Source: a virus (lineage: Duplodnaviria; Caudoviricetes). Taken from it: a stretch of 43,552 nt of DNA. Positions 1 to 7,953 of the stretch are shown here, one piece after another. Both the position numbers and the translations under genes were made by a program. Within the stretch, counting starts at the first letter, position 1, and every line of letters begins with the position of its first letter. The stretch is taken from positions 1 to 43,552 of IMG/VR virus record IMGVR_UViG_3300005286_000039, one strand, 5' to 3'. The notes beneath the pieces were generated by a model. It made no database searches. It had not been told where the DNA came from and saw only the letters and a list, made by a program, of their open reading frames with translations.

Positions 1-111
1 CTGGTCCCGCACCTCCGCGGCCTGGTTCAGCACATCCTCCCGGGCGTTCGGCTTGAACCCGCCCGCCGCGCGCACCGCGTGATACACCCTATCGCCGCGT
101 CGCAGCGTGTA
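1..111 (-). pseudogene. comEA: 3' part of interrupted comEA (rest of SLBB domain; runs off the window)
   Basis: Minus strand reads YTLRRGDRVYHAVRAAGGFKPNAREDVLNQAAEVRDQ, matching the ComEA SLBB pattern (YTL..G.RV..A+.AAGG......LN.A..+.D). In-frame TAG at 145-147 with no ATG between it and the junction. Confidence 0.85.
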
Positions 112-135
112 GCGATACAGCGCCCTATGCGGTAT
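107..135. other. Left prophage attachment junction (core GTGTA 107-111, phage arm 109-135)
   Basis: GTGTA recurs at 40489-40493. The arm is an imperfect inverted repeat (17/27 identities) of the phage arm at 40462-40488. Confidence 0.85.
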
Positions 136-1915
136 CCGTCGCCTCTACCACCTGGAGGACGTCCGCCGGACCCTCGAAGCGCAGGAAGCGCTCGCTCGTG
201 TAGTTGTAGTGGTACATCCCGGAGAGGATCGAGACCGTGCCGTCCGGCAAGGGTCTTTTGAACACGAGGCGCGCCGCCTTGATCTCCTGCAGCTTCTGCC
301 GGTAGCCCCGGCGCCCGGTCAGCATCACCGGCGCCTCGATGCGCGCCACCAGCAGGCGCAGCGCCGCGCGCAGCGTGGCCGTCTCCGCCTCTTCCGCCCC
401 GTCTTCGGCAATGTCGCGCAGCAGGACCAGGCCGCGGGCCTGTTCGTCACCGGCCCTGCGCTGCTCCTCGCGCGCGGCGATCTGCGCCCGCTCCCGCTCC
501 AGCGCCGCGTACCGCCGGTCGTAGTCGCCCTGGCGCAGCCGGCCCGCGGCCAGCAGGTCCAGGAGCGTGTCGATCGCCGCGTTGATCTCCTCCACGGTCC
601 GGGTGGCGGCGGCGGCCCGGGGCTTCGGGGGCTTTGGGGGCGGGGGCATCTGCGGCAGGCGCGCGGCCAGCGCGGCGAGGGCGAAGCGGACGGCGCCGTC
701 CACCCGCTGCGCCCCCAGCCCCATGGAGTTGCCGCCACCGAGGCGTGGCCGGGACGAGGCGTGCGGGATGCCCAGCGCCGTAGCCTCCTTGCACACGTAG
801 CTGTACGCCGTGCGCCGGAGCTCCGGCAGGCCGGATTTGCCCTCGCCGCTGGTGCGCACCACCATCGCCCGGCCGCAGAAGGCGCAGACCATCAGGCCGG
901 AGCACAGCGCCCGCGTGGACTGGCGCAGGCGGTGGGGCGCGGGCGCCTCCCCGCCCATGTAGGGGCCGCGCTGCCCGTGGCCGGCCCCCAGCGCCGCCTG
1001 GATCGCGTCCAGGGCGTCCGCCTCCTCCGGGGTCAGCAGCGGCGGCAGGACGCCCTCGCGCACCACGCGCAGCGGGTCGCCGGGCGCGCGGCGCCGGCCG
1101 TACACCGCGCAGCCGCGCATCACGAGCCGCTGGTCGGGCGCGAGGTAGAGGTACACGCCGTTGCCCGACCACAGCTTCCCCCGGCGCGTGCGCAGCCCCT
1201 CCGCGTTCAGGGTGGCCGCGATCCGGTGGTAGGGCAGGCCGGCCAGGCGCAGCGCGACCAGGCGCCGCACGGTCGCGGCGAACGGGTTCAGGGACCAGCG
1301 CGCCGGGTCTTCCGGCGGGATGCTCGTGTCCCGGTCCAGCCACGCGGGCGGGTTCCCGCCGTGGTGGAGGCCCGCCTCCGCCCGCTGGCGGCGCGCATCG
1401 CGTACCCGGCGCGAGATGTTCCGGCGCTCCATCTGCGCGACGCCGGACAGCATCGTGAACACCAGCTCGCCCACGTCGGTGTCGCTCCGAACGCCCTCGC
1501 TGACGGCGTGGATGGCGATGCCCTCGTCGGCGAACGCCTGGCGGATCTGGTGCAGCTCCGCGGCGTCGCGTCCGAGGCGCGACAGGTCGTAGACGACGAG
1601 GTGGGCGAAGGCGCGCTCCCGGGCCAGTTCGTAGAGGCGGGCGAGCCCCGGGCGGCGCTGCCAGGAGGGCGTCCCCTTCTTGCGGTGGGCGGCCTTGGCG
1701 CCGCCGCTGGTGTCCAGGTCCGTGCAGGCGCGCGTCGTCGCCTCGTCCAGGCGGTAGCCGTGGATCTCGCAGTAGGCGGCGACCTTCCGGAGCTGCGTCT
1801 CGGAGGACAGGGACGCGCCGCTCTCCACCTCGTCGGCCTCGGTGCGCGACTGGCGCAGGTAGCCGAGCGCGAGGGGCGCCGGCCCCCCTCTGTCTCGGTC
1901 TTTCGCTTCTTTCAT
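125..1915 (-). CDS. Large serine recombinase (phage integrase)
   Basis: Catalytic YLRQS, YDLSRLGR, AQMERRNISRRV, recombinase domain (IAATLNAEGLRTRRGKLWS), zinc ribbon (CSGLMVCAFCGRAM...YVC) and coiled coil. Start is ATG 1915 or GTG 1921. Confidence 0.95.
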   Translation of the reverse strand: MKEAKDRDRGGPAPLALGYLRQSRTEADEVESGASLSSETQLRKVAAYCEIHGYRLDEATTRACTDLDTSGGAKAAHRKKGTPSWQRRPGLARLYELARERAFAHLVVYDLSRLGRDAAELHQIRQAFADEGIAIHAVSEGVRSDTDVGELVFTMLSGVAQMERRNISRRVRDARRQRAEAGLHHGGNPPAWLDRDTSIPPEDPARWSLNPFAATVRRLVALRLAGLPYHRIAATLNAEGLRTRRGKLWSGNGVYLYLAPDQRLVMRGCAVYGRRRAPGDPLRVVREGVLPPLLTPEEADALDAIQAALGAGHGQRGPYMGGEAPAPHRLRQSTRALCSGLMVCAFCGRAMVVRTSGEGKSGLPELRRTAYSYVCKEATALGIPHASSRPRLGGGNSMGLGAQRVDGAVRFALAALAARLPQMPPPPKPPKPRAAAATRTVEEINAAIDTLLDLLAAGRLRQGDYDRRYAALERERAQIAAREEQRRAGDEQARGLVLLRDIAEDGAEEAETATLRAALRLLVARIEAPVMLTGRRGYRQKLQEIKAARLVFKRPLPDGTVSILSGMYHYNYTSERFLRFEGPADVLQVVEATDTA

Positions 1916-2011
1916 AACCACGGGCGCAGCCGGTGGAAAGGGAAGTTTCTAAACACAAAAACTTTTACTGTATCAAGTACGAGCATGAATCGCTATCACA
2001 TCAGTAAAATA

Positions 2012-2040
2012 ATTATACGTTGAACTGGTTCAATCGTCAG
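2012..2040 (-). promoter_or_regulatory. Sigma70-type promoter for the integrase, with palindrome TTGAACCAGTTCAA in the spacer
   Basis: Minus strand CTGACG-17 nt-TATAAT; palindrome at 2020-2033. Confidence 0.6.
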
Positions 2041-2060
2041 AAGCCGGGTATACTTCAAAT

Positions 2061-2127
2061 GCCAGGGACGAAACTCGGCTCCAAGCCGTGTGAGCGCCGG
2101 GAAACCGGAGGCTCCTATATCCTTGGC
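2061..2127 (-). ncRNA. Structured RNA directly downstream of the DUF3800 gene (candidate DUF3800 RNA motif)
   Basis: Closing stem GCCAAGGA/UCCCUGGC encloses hairpins GAGC..CCGG-UUUC-CCGG..GCUC and CGGC-UUGGA-GCCG. Begins 3 nt after the stop codon. DUF3800-associated RNA motifs are a described class. Confidence 0.6.
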
Positions 2128-2130
2128 TTT

Positions 2131-2991
2131 TTAACGTCTGGGGGCAGGGGGCGGCGCCATGTTTGACAGCCCCTGGATCGCTTCCAGCGTAAGCGGTTTT
2201 GTCGCCCCGTACTGGATGGGGTCTTTCACCGAGGGGTGGAGATACTTGACGGTCCGGAACTGCGGCCACATCAACTCCACGAATCGTTCCTCCCGCACCT
2301 CATAGAAGCGCTGTAGCGCCCACAAGAAGTAGTCCGCCGCCTGCAACTGCGTATTCTGCTTGGAGGGCACAGCCTGGATGTTCAGAACGGGCGGAATCTG
2401 CTGAATGACGACCTGTCCGTTGACGGGGCAGGGAACACGCTTCAGCGCTTCCGTCAGTGCTTTTGTGCGGCTGGAGTTCCCCCTACTGGCAAAAACTACA
2501 TTGTACGTGCGGTTGTTGTCCAGCAAGCCCGTAAAGGTGTGCGAAACGGTCCAATCGTACAGCTCGTTCTGGTGGTAGCGGTAGCCAGGTTCTTTCTGGT
2601 TTCGGATTTGGACGGACTTCTCGATCAGAACTTTGTTGCGCACCGCGGCGCTGAACTTGATCTCGTGGGTGCGCAGCAGAGCGAACACCTCGCGCCGTAC
2701 TTCGGGCAGGTCGTCCTTCGCGTGAAATAGCAGGGCGGTCTTCTTGTCCGCCTTCTGCATGGTCGGAACCCGCTTGAACCACGGGTCTTTCAACAGTTCG
2801 GACCGCAGGTCTTCGAGTTCCCGGGCCAGGCGTTGCGGCTCCGTCACTTCAATCGTGCCGATGATGAAGAATCGGGAACAGCCGGGCTGACCAACAATGC
2901 ACTTGCCGTGCTTGTCGTAGAGCGAGCCGTCCCCCGCCTCATCAACGAAGAAGTGTCTTTCGTCTACAGCTGTCGTGGCGATGATGGGCAT
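2131..2991 (-). CDS. DUF3800 domain protein
   Basis: N-terminal FFVDEAGD and C-terminal LQAADYFLWALQR (DExG ... QxAD signature). Lower GC than neighbours. Confidence 0.85.
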   Translation of the reverse strand: MPIIATTAVDERHFFVDEAGDGSLYDKHGKCIVGQPGCSRFFIIGTIEVTEPQRLARELEDLRSELLKDPWFKRVPTMQKADKKTALLFHAKDDLPEVRREVFALLRTHEIKFSAAVRNKVLIEKSVQIRNQKEPGYRYHQNELYDWTVSHTFTGLLDNNRTYNVVFASRGNSSRTKALTEALKRVPCPVNGQVVIQQIPPVLNIQAVPSKQNTQLQAADYFLWALQRFYEVREERFVELMWPQFRTVKYLHPSVKDPIQYGATKPLTLEAIQGLSNMAPPPAPRR

Positions 2992-3032
2992 CTTTTAAAC
3001 CGTCGCCCGTGACCCCCGTCACAGTCTCGCGC

Positions 3033-3467
3033 CTATGGCGATGGGAACACCAGTTCCTCCACGCGCCGAGCGACCTGGTGCCGGACGCAGCCGGGGTCGT
3101 CGTCGTAGCGGTACACGTCCGCGGCGCCGGTGAGCTGGGGCGGTATCCACTCGAACACGGCGGCGTGGGCCAGCTCATGCACGTAGGCCGCGGCCTGCTC
3201 CCGCGGGGGGTACGCCTCGTTGATGGCGATGGCGCAGCCGAACAACGGGTGCCAGGCACACTCGCCGCGGTCGCCGCCAGGCGAGTACCAGGTGTGGTAC
3301 CGGACGCCGAGGCGGTCGGCCACCTGCTGCCAGGTGGCGGGGGAGGCAAGGTCGGAGGCGCCCAGCTCCAGGGCGCAGCGCTCCAGACGTGCCGCAATAA
3401 GGCGTGCGCACTCCTCGATCGTGGTGGCGGGCACGGCTTCGGGCCGCCACGAAGAACCATCGGTCAT
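3033..3467 (-). CDS. ImmA/IrrE-family metallopeptidase (anti-repressor protease)
   Basis: IAIN...REQAAAYVHELAH zinc motif, directly downstream of the XRE repressor. Start taken as ATG 3467. Confidence 0.8.
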   Translation of the reverse strand: MTDGSSWRPEAVPATTIEECARLIAARLERCALELGASDLASPATWQQVADRLGVRYHTWYSPGGDRGECAWHPLFGCAIAINEAYPPREQAAAYVHELAHAAVFEWIPPQLTGAADVYRYDDDPGCVRHQVARRVEELVFPSP

Positions 3468-3553
3468 CCTTTCCCCTGCCCGGACAAACCTGGGTTTGTC
3501 CCTGGTCCGTGGCGGCAATCCCTGCCTGCCCGGACCTGTACCATACTGCCCGG

Positions 3554-4024
3554 TTACTCTTCCGGGTCTTTCTTCGCCCGCTTCCGGGTCGTGCTGCCGC
3601 CGCCGATGCTGTCCTCGGTGGCGGACCGCCGTACTTCTTCCACCAGGCGCCGGGCCAGCTCCCGCCGCGACGGGTCCGTGATGCCCTCGTAGGAGTCGAT
3701 CAGCTCCATCGTGTCCGGGTCGCTGACGTAGGTGATTTCGCTTTCGTCTTGCTGCTCTCCACCATTTGCGGCAATCCACGCTGAGGTGACTTGCGCACGC
3801 GGAATACCCAGCGCCTCCGCCCACCTCAGCGCCACATCGTAATTGACGTAGCGTGCCCCAGACTCATAGCGCTGTATGGTTGAGTGCTTTGTCTCCAACA
3901 AATCCGCAACCTGCTCAAGCGTGAAATTACGCTCAAGTCTCTTGCGCCTCATGTAGTCGCCAAATGCTTCGTTCACGGTCCACAGTGCCGGAACGTAGAC
4001 CACCTCATCAAAGCAAACAGGCAT
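3554..4024 (-). CDS. XRE-family prophage repressor (ImmR/CI-like)
   Basis: HTH FGDYMRRKRLERNFTLEQVADLLETKHSTIQRYESG; GGAGG RBS before ATG 4024; no peptidase domain, consistent with cleavage by ImmA. Confidence 0.88.
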   Translation of the reverse strand: MPVCFDEVVYVPALWTVNEAFGDYMRRKRLERNFTLEQVADLLETKHSTIQRYESGARYVNYDVALRWAEALGIPRAQVTSAWIAANGGEQQDESEITYVSDPDTMELIDSYEGITDPSRRELARRLVEEVRRSATEDSIGGGSTTRKRAKKDPEE

Positions 4025-4033
4025 GGTGACCTC

Positions 4034-4128
4034 CGTTCCGGTATGACACATTCTGTTCCAAATTGTTACATCCCACCACCGCCAAATCGGTACAAAATAT
4101 CTGCCGGCAACTGTGCCAATCTGGTACA
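4034..4128. promoter_or_regulatory. Operator cluster 1 (17-bp TGTWCCA-N3-TGGTACA-like sites) and -10 box TACAAT (4125-4130)
   Basis: TGTTCCAAATTGTTACA 4054-4070 and TGTGCCAATCTGGTACA 4112-4128, with weaker copies at 4034-4050 and 4078-4094, between the divergent repressor and cro. Confidence 0.7.
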
Positions 4129-4136
4129 ATAGGTGC

Positions 4137-4367
4137 ATGAGCGTAACACTTCGGCAGATACGGGAAGAGTCGGGCTTGAAGCTGCGCGAAGTCCTAGACA
4201 GGATGCGGCAGGTTGAACCTGGTGCGCCGAAATCGCACACTGGCCTGATCCACATCGAAACCAGAGGTACAGATCGCCTGCCCTTGATCAAGGCATTGGC
4301 CTACGCCTACAGGCGGCCGGTCGAGGAAATCGAAGAGGCGTGCCGGCAAAAGAAATGTACCAATTAG
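4137..4367 (+). CDS. Cro-like HTH protein
   Basis: MSVTLRQIREESGLKLREVLDRM...LIHIETRG...LAYAY; divergent from the repressor; 76 aa. Confidence 0.8.
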   Translation: MSVTLRQIREESGLKLREVLDRMRQVEPGAPKSHTGLIHIETRGTDRLPLIKALAYAYRRPVEEIEEACRQKKCTN

Positions 4368-4408
4368 GAACTTTTTTCTTGACCGGCATTGTTCCAGATT
4401 GGTACAAT
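4356..4408 (+). promoter_or_regulatory. Early promoter TTGACC-18-TACAAT flanked or overlapped by two operators
   Basis: -35 at 4379-4384, -10 at 4403-4408; operators TGTACCAATTAGGAACT 4356-4372 and TGTTCCAGATTGGTACA 4390-4406. Confidence 0.72.
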
Positions 4409-4433
4409 TAAGCGTCCCCGGAATCGCCCGGGC

Positions 4434-4470
4434 AAAACAAAGGCCGCTCCTGTTCGCAGCAGGAGCGGCC
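4434..4470 (-). terminator. Intrinsic terminator, minus-strand orientation
   Basis: 11-bp stem GGCCGCTCCTG/CAGGAGCGGCC followed on the minus strand by TTTGTTTT. Confidence 0.6.
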
Positions 4471-4487
4471 CGGAGGTCCGAAGACCA

Positions 4488-4973
4488 GTGATTACCGCTT
4501 CAGTATACCCCGGCCGCGATGAGCGCGCCGCAACACCGACCATGACCACGCCCCGAAATCCCAGCACGCGGCCTGCACGGCCCCTCACGCCGATGGAGGC
4601 CGCGCGCCTGGCGGTCCAGGCCGACGCCCGGGAGCGCATGGCCGCGTTCCGCACGCTGCACCACCGCGAGCCGCGCGCCTCCGAGAAGGCGGACCTGATC
4701 GGCGACCTCATCTGCTTCGAGCGCTGGGGCGGCCGGGTGTGCGGATGGCCGACCCTGCGCGCCCTGTCGCCGCTCAGCCTGAACACCTACACGCTAGACT
4801 GGGACCCGGTGGCCGGGCGGTACTCCTGCAGCTGCCCAGCGTCCGGTGACTGCTACCACCTGCGGACCCTGGAGCGGGACCTGCTGGCGTCCCTGGCCCA
4901 GGAGCGGCGGGAGTGGCTGGCGTCCGCCGCGGCGGCGTCCACGGCGACGAAAGCGAGGGACTTCGATGCCTGA
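4488..4973 (+). CDS. SWIM zinc-finger protein
   Basis: YSCSCPASGDCYHL motif. Start is GTG 4488 (GGAGG upstream) or ATG 4542. Confidence 0.7.
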   Translation: MITASVYPGRDERAATPTMTTPRNPSTRPARPLTPMEAARLAVQADARERMAAFRTLHHREPRASEKADLIGDLICFERWGGRVCGWPTLRALSPLSLNTYTLDWDPVAGRYSCSCPASGDCYHLRTLERDLLASLAQERREWLASAAAASTATKARDFDA

Positions 4974-5571
4974 GACGACCACGACCGACGTTACCCCCTG
5001 GTATGCCCAGGCTCTCGCGGCCCACGAGGAGCGCAAGACCGAGGAGCAGGAGCAGTCCGACGAGCGCCGCGCCGTTGCCATCGGCCGCGCCCGCCACGCT
5101 CTGAGCCGGGTCGGCATCGACACCGCCGCCTACCCGCCCGAGGCGCTCGCCTTCCGCAAGAACGACCGGCACCCTGATCTGGTAGAGGCCGCCATCAAGT
5201 GCGGCGCCCGCGTGGACACCGCCCTGGTGGACGCGGACGGCGACAAGGTCATCCCCTTCCTGTTCGAAGACACCGAGTTCGACGGCGACCTGTACGTGGG
5301 TCGGCAGGAGAAGGACGAGGAGGACGGCTCTTACCCGATGGTGTGGCGTGGCCCGCTCCGCAGCGCCGCCGACCTGGGCGCCGTGCTCGCGGGCGAGGTG
5401 AAGGGATACCCCTACACGCCACACAGTGCCCGCAAGCCGGTCCACAAGCCGCAGGCCGCGGACTACATCACGTACGCCCAGACCGCCCTGAGCCAGATGG
5501 GCGACGAAAAGAACGCCATCGCGAACGCCCTAATTGCCATTGCAATGTGCCTGCAGGAAGGGGGCCGCTGA
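4966..5571 (+). CDS. Hypothetical phage early protein
   Basis: ATGCCTGA overlap with the previous stop; phage-like codon usage. Confidence 0.7.
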   Translation: MPETTTTDVTPWYAQALAAHEERKTEEQEQSDERRAVAIGRARHALSRVGIDTAAYPPEALAFRKNDRHPDLVEAAIKCGARVDTALVDADGDKVIPFLFEDTEFDGDLYVGRQEKDEEDGSYPMVWRGPLRSAADLGAVLAGEVKGYPYTPHSARKPVHKPQAADYITYAQTALSQMGDEKNAIANALIAIAMCLQEGGR

Positions 5572-5942
5572 TGCCTGAGATCGTCACCGCCACCCCCGCC
5601 GCCGACCCCCTGGCGCCGCTCACCGCGGCGCTGGGGGGCAACCGGCCCGCCGCGCAGGTCATCGCCGCCAACCGCGACTTCTTCGCCCGGCTGGCCCGCG
5701 AGGGGCGCGACGCCGACCGCCAGCGCCTCGCCCGGCGCATCGCGCTGGCCGAGAAGGCGCTCGATGCGCTCTCCCCCGTGGTGGACGCCTGCGCCAACGA
5801 GCCGCTGTACCCGGAGCGCGGGCGCCTCACCGCGCAGGCCTCGATGGCCGAGGAGTGGCTGCGCACGCTGGTGGAAGGGGACCGGGCGACCATCGCCGCC
5901 CACGACCGGCTCGACGCCGAGCAGGAAGGACACTCCCGATGA
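5571..5942 (+). CDS. Hypothetical phage protein
   Basis: MPEIV...; coupled to both neighbours by overlaps. Confidence 0.65.
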   Translation: MPEIVTATPAADPLAPLTAALGGNRPAAQVIAANRDFFARLAREGRDADRQRLARRIALAEKALDALSPVVDACANEPLYPERGRLTAQASMAEEWLRTLVEGDRATIAAHDRLDAEQEGHSR

Positions 5943-6172
5943 GCCGCACGAACGCGGAGACGATCTCCGACCTGGCCGCGCTGGTGGTCACGCTGACGCG
6001 CCGCGCGGAGGAGTCCACGGACCTGGAGCTGCGCCGCTTCTACCGAACCCGGGCGCAGAAGGAAAAGGAACAGGAGCGCCTCGACACTCTGATGACCCGC
6101 CACGGCATGACCGCGGCGGCGGCGCCTCTGCGCCTCGTCGGCGCGGGAAGCAGCGAGGTGCCCCATGCCTGA
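5939..6172 (+). CDS. Hypothetical phage protein
   Basis: MSRTNAE...; ATGA overlap and AAGGA RBS. Confidence 0.6.
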   Translation: MSRTNAETISDLAALVVTLTRRAEESTDLELRRFYRTRAQKEKEQERLDTLMTRHGMTAAAAPLRLVGAGSSEVPHA

Positions 6173-6626
6173 AATGGAGTCCGAACTACTGCGCCTCCTG
6201 CGGGAGCGGCGCCTGTCGCCGGAGGACCGGGAGGAGCGCCGCCAGACGTTCCAGCGCCTCGCCGCGGAGGACCTGTCGGTGATCGATCAGCTCACGATTG
6301 AGCGGCAGGCGGCGGCGGCGGGCAACCCCCTGACCGGGGCGCGCATCCGCTCCGCGATCTTCCGCGCCGCCGAGGTGTACGACCTGGTCGGGCGCTCGCT
6401 GCCCCGGGGCTACCGGGTCCTGGGCAACGGCGCCAAGACGCCCTACTACCTCCAGCGCAACGACAACTCGCGCCCCACCGACGCTGAGCTGGTGGCGGAT
6501 GCGCTTTCCGGGTGGCTGCAGGAGGTCGCCGAAACGCTGGCGGTGTGCCTGCGCAACTACAAGCAGCGCCAGGGGCTGATACCGCCGGACGCCGCTCCGG
6601 GGGAAGGCGAGGCCGACGATGCCTGA
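6165..6626 (+). CDS. Hypothetical phage protein
   Basis: GAGG RBS and ATGCCTGA overlap. Confidence 0.65.
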   Translation: MPEMESELLRLLRERRLSPEDREERRQTFQRLAAEDLSVIDQLTIERQAAAAGNPLTGARIRSAIFRAAEVYDLVGRSLPRGYRVLGNGAKTPYYLQRNDNSRPTDAELVADALSGWLQEVAETLAVCLRNYKQRQGLIPPDAAPGEGEADDA

Positions 6627-7953
6627 GACCACCACGAACGACCGGCTGCGCGAGGGGATCGCGCACCTGCGCGGGCTGCTGGGCGAGTTGGGCGACGCGG
6701 TGGAGGAGGCCGAGAGCCTCCGCCAGTTGCTCACCGAGGCCGAGGGGCGCGTGTGCCGCGTGCAGGACCAGCTCGCCGCGTTCGGCCTGGACCCGGCCCT
6801 GATCGCCCTGGGCGGCGCGGCGGCGCCGCCGATTCCGTTTCACGGCGCCGACCTCCCGTTTCACGCTGGTAGCACGGCCGACGCTGTACCGGCGCCCAAC
6901 GAAACCGCCCCGGTTCCGGCCAGCCGTACAGGCGCGGTTCCTCCCCCTGGCCCGGCCCGGCCGGAACCCGGCGGTGAGATGGACGCGCCGAAGCACGCCG
7001 ACGGGCGCCGCTGCACCGGCTGCGGACAGCCGATCACCCGGTTCTCGAAGACGGGCATGTGTATGCCCTGCGTGAACGCCGCGGGGGCGCTGCTGCCGGA
7101 CGGTACGCCCGTTACCCTGCCACCGACGCCCACGAACTGCCAGACCTGCGGCGGCCCGCTCTCCTCGGTGAACAAGAGCGGGTTCTGCCAGAAACACTGG
7201 CCCGCCGAGCAGAAGCGCCGCCAGGCCGCGGGCGGCGGGGCCGTGGCGAAACCGGCAAACTGCTCCGAGTGTGGGGGGGCGATCTCCAAGGCCAGCACCT
7301 CCGGCCTGTGCCGCTCCTGCAGCGACCGGACGCGCTTCGGCACGGCGCCCGCCGCGCCGGGGGGGACGCCGGGGGAGACGCCGGCCGCGTCGCGGTCCTG
7401 CTCCGGGTGCGGCAAGCCGATCGGCCCGAAGGCGAAGACCGGGATGTGCCGCGGGTGCGCGGGCGCCGCGTCCTCGCGGGAAAGGGGGGCTCTGCGGGCG
7501 GGGTTGCCCCCGACTCCGCCCGCCGTCCTTTCCTCCCCGCCCCCCTCGGATGACCGGCTACAGCGGCTGGTGTTCGCCGGGCGCAGCGCCGCCATCAACG
7601 ACCCGGAGGCGATCGCCCAGCGCTGCGCCGTGCTCTACCTCATCGACGAGGGCCACGGCTGGGAAACCCGCCACGTGTTCGACCGGGGCGCGATCCCCAC
7701 CGGCGGCGTGTACCTGGAGACGCTGACGCTCTCCGCCAACGGCCGCGACTGGCTTGCCGCGCACGGCGCCGAGGCGCCCGTCCCGGTCGGCCGCGTCCAG
7801 CTCGACGACTTCCTGTCGCTGCTCACGAGCCGCGTCGTGATGAAGGACCCGAACGACGCGATGATCGAGGGCGGCGAGCTGCCCACGTTCTTCGCCGAAG
7901 CCCACGGGATCGAGACCGGCTCCGAGGAGGTCCGCCATGCTGCTGCTGCCTGA
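6619..7953 (+). CDS. Protein with four CxxC..CxxC/H zinc-finger repeats
   Basis: CTGCG..SKTGMCMPC, CQTCG..NKSGFCQKH, CSECG..STSGLCRSC, CSGCG..AKTGMCRGC. Confidence 0.75.
   Translation: MPETTTNDRLREGIAHLRGLLGELGDAVEEAESLRQLLTEAEGRVCRVQDQLAAFGLDPALIALGGAAAPPIPFHGADLPFHAGSTADAVPAPNETAPVPASRTGAVPPPGPARPEPGGEMDAPKHADGRRCTGCGQPITRFSKTGMCMPCVNAAGALLPDGTPVTLPPTPTNCQTCGGPLSSVNKSGFCQKHWPAEQKRRQAAGGGAVAKPANCSECGGAISKASTSGLCRSCSDRTRFGTAPAAPGGTPGETPAASRSCSGCGKPIGPKAKTGMCRGCAGAASSRERGALRAGLPPTPPAVLSSPPPSDDRLQRLVFAGRSAAINDPEAIAQRCAVLYLIDEGHGWETRHVFDRGAIPTGGVYLETLTLSANGRDWLAAHGAEAPVPVGRVQLDDFLSLLTSRVVMKDPNDAMIEGGELPTFFAEAHGIETGSEEVRHAAAA

Noticed and set aside
209-2023. 604-aa plus-strand ORF, and other long antisense ORFs such as 7823..10444, 20298..23366 and 35307..38990
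   Set aside because: Shadow frames of real high-GC genes on the opposite strand; no motifs.
3482-3501. Palindrome GGACAAACC-TG-GGTTTGTCC upstream of immA
   Set aside because: Single copy with no U-tract; function cannot be supported.
4054-4406. Operators resemble canonical parS (TGTTCCA..TGGAACA)
   Set aside because: Spacer is 3 nt and variable instead of CG, and the sites overlap switch promoters; better explained as repressor operators.
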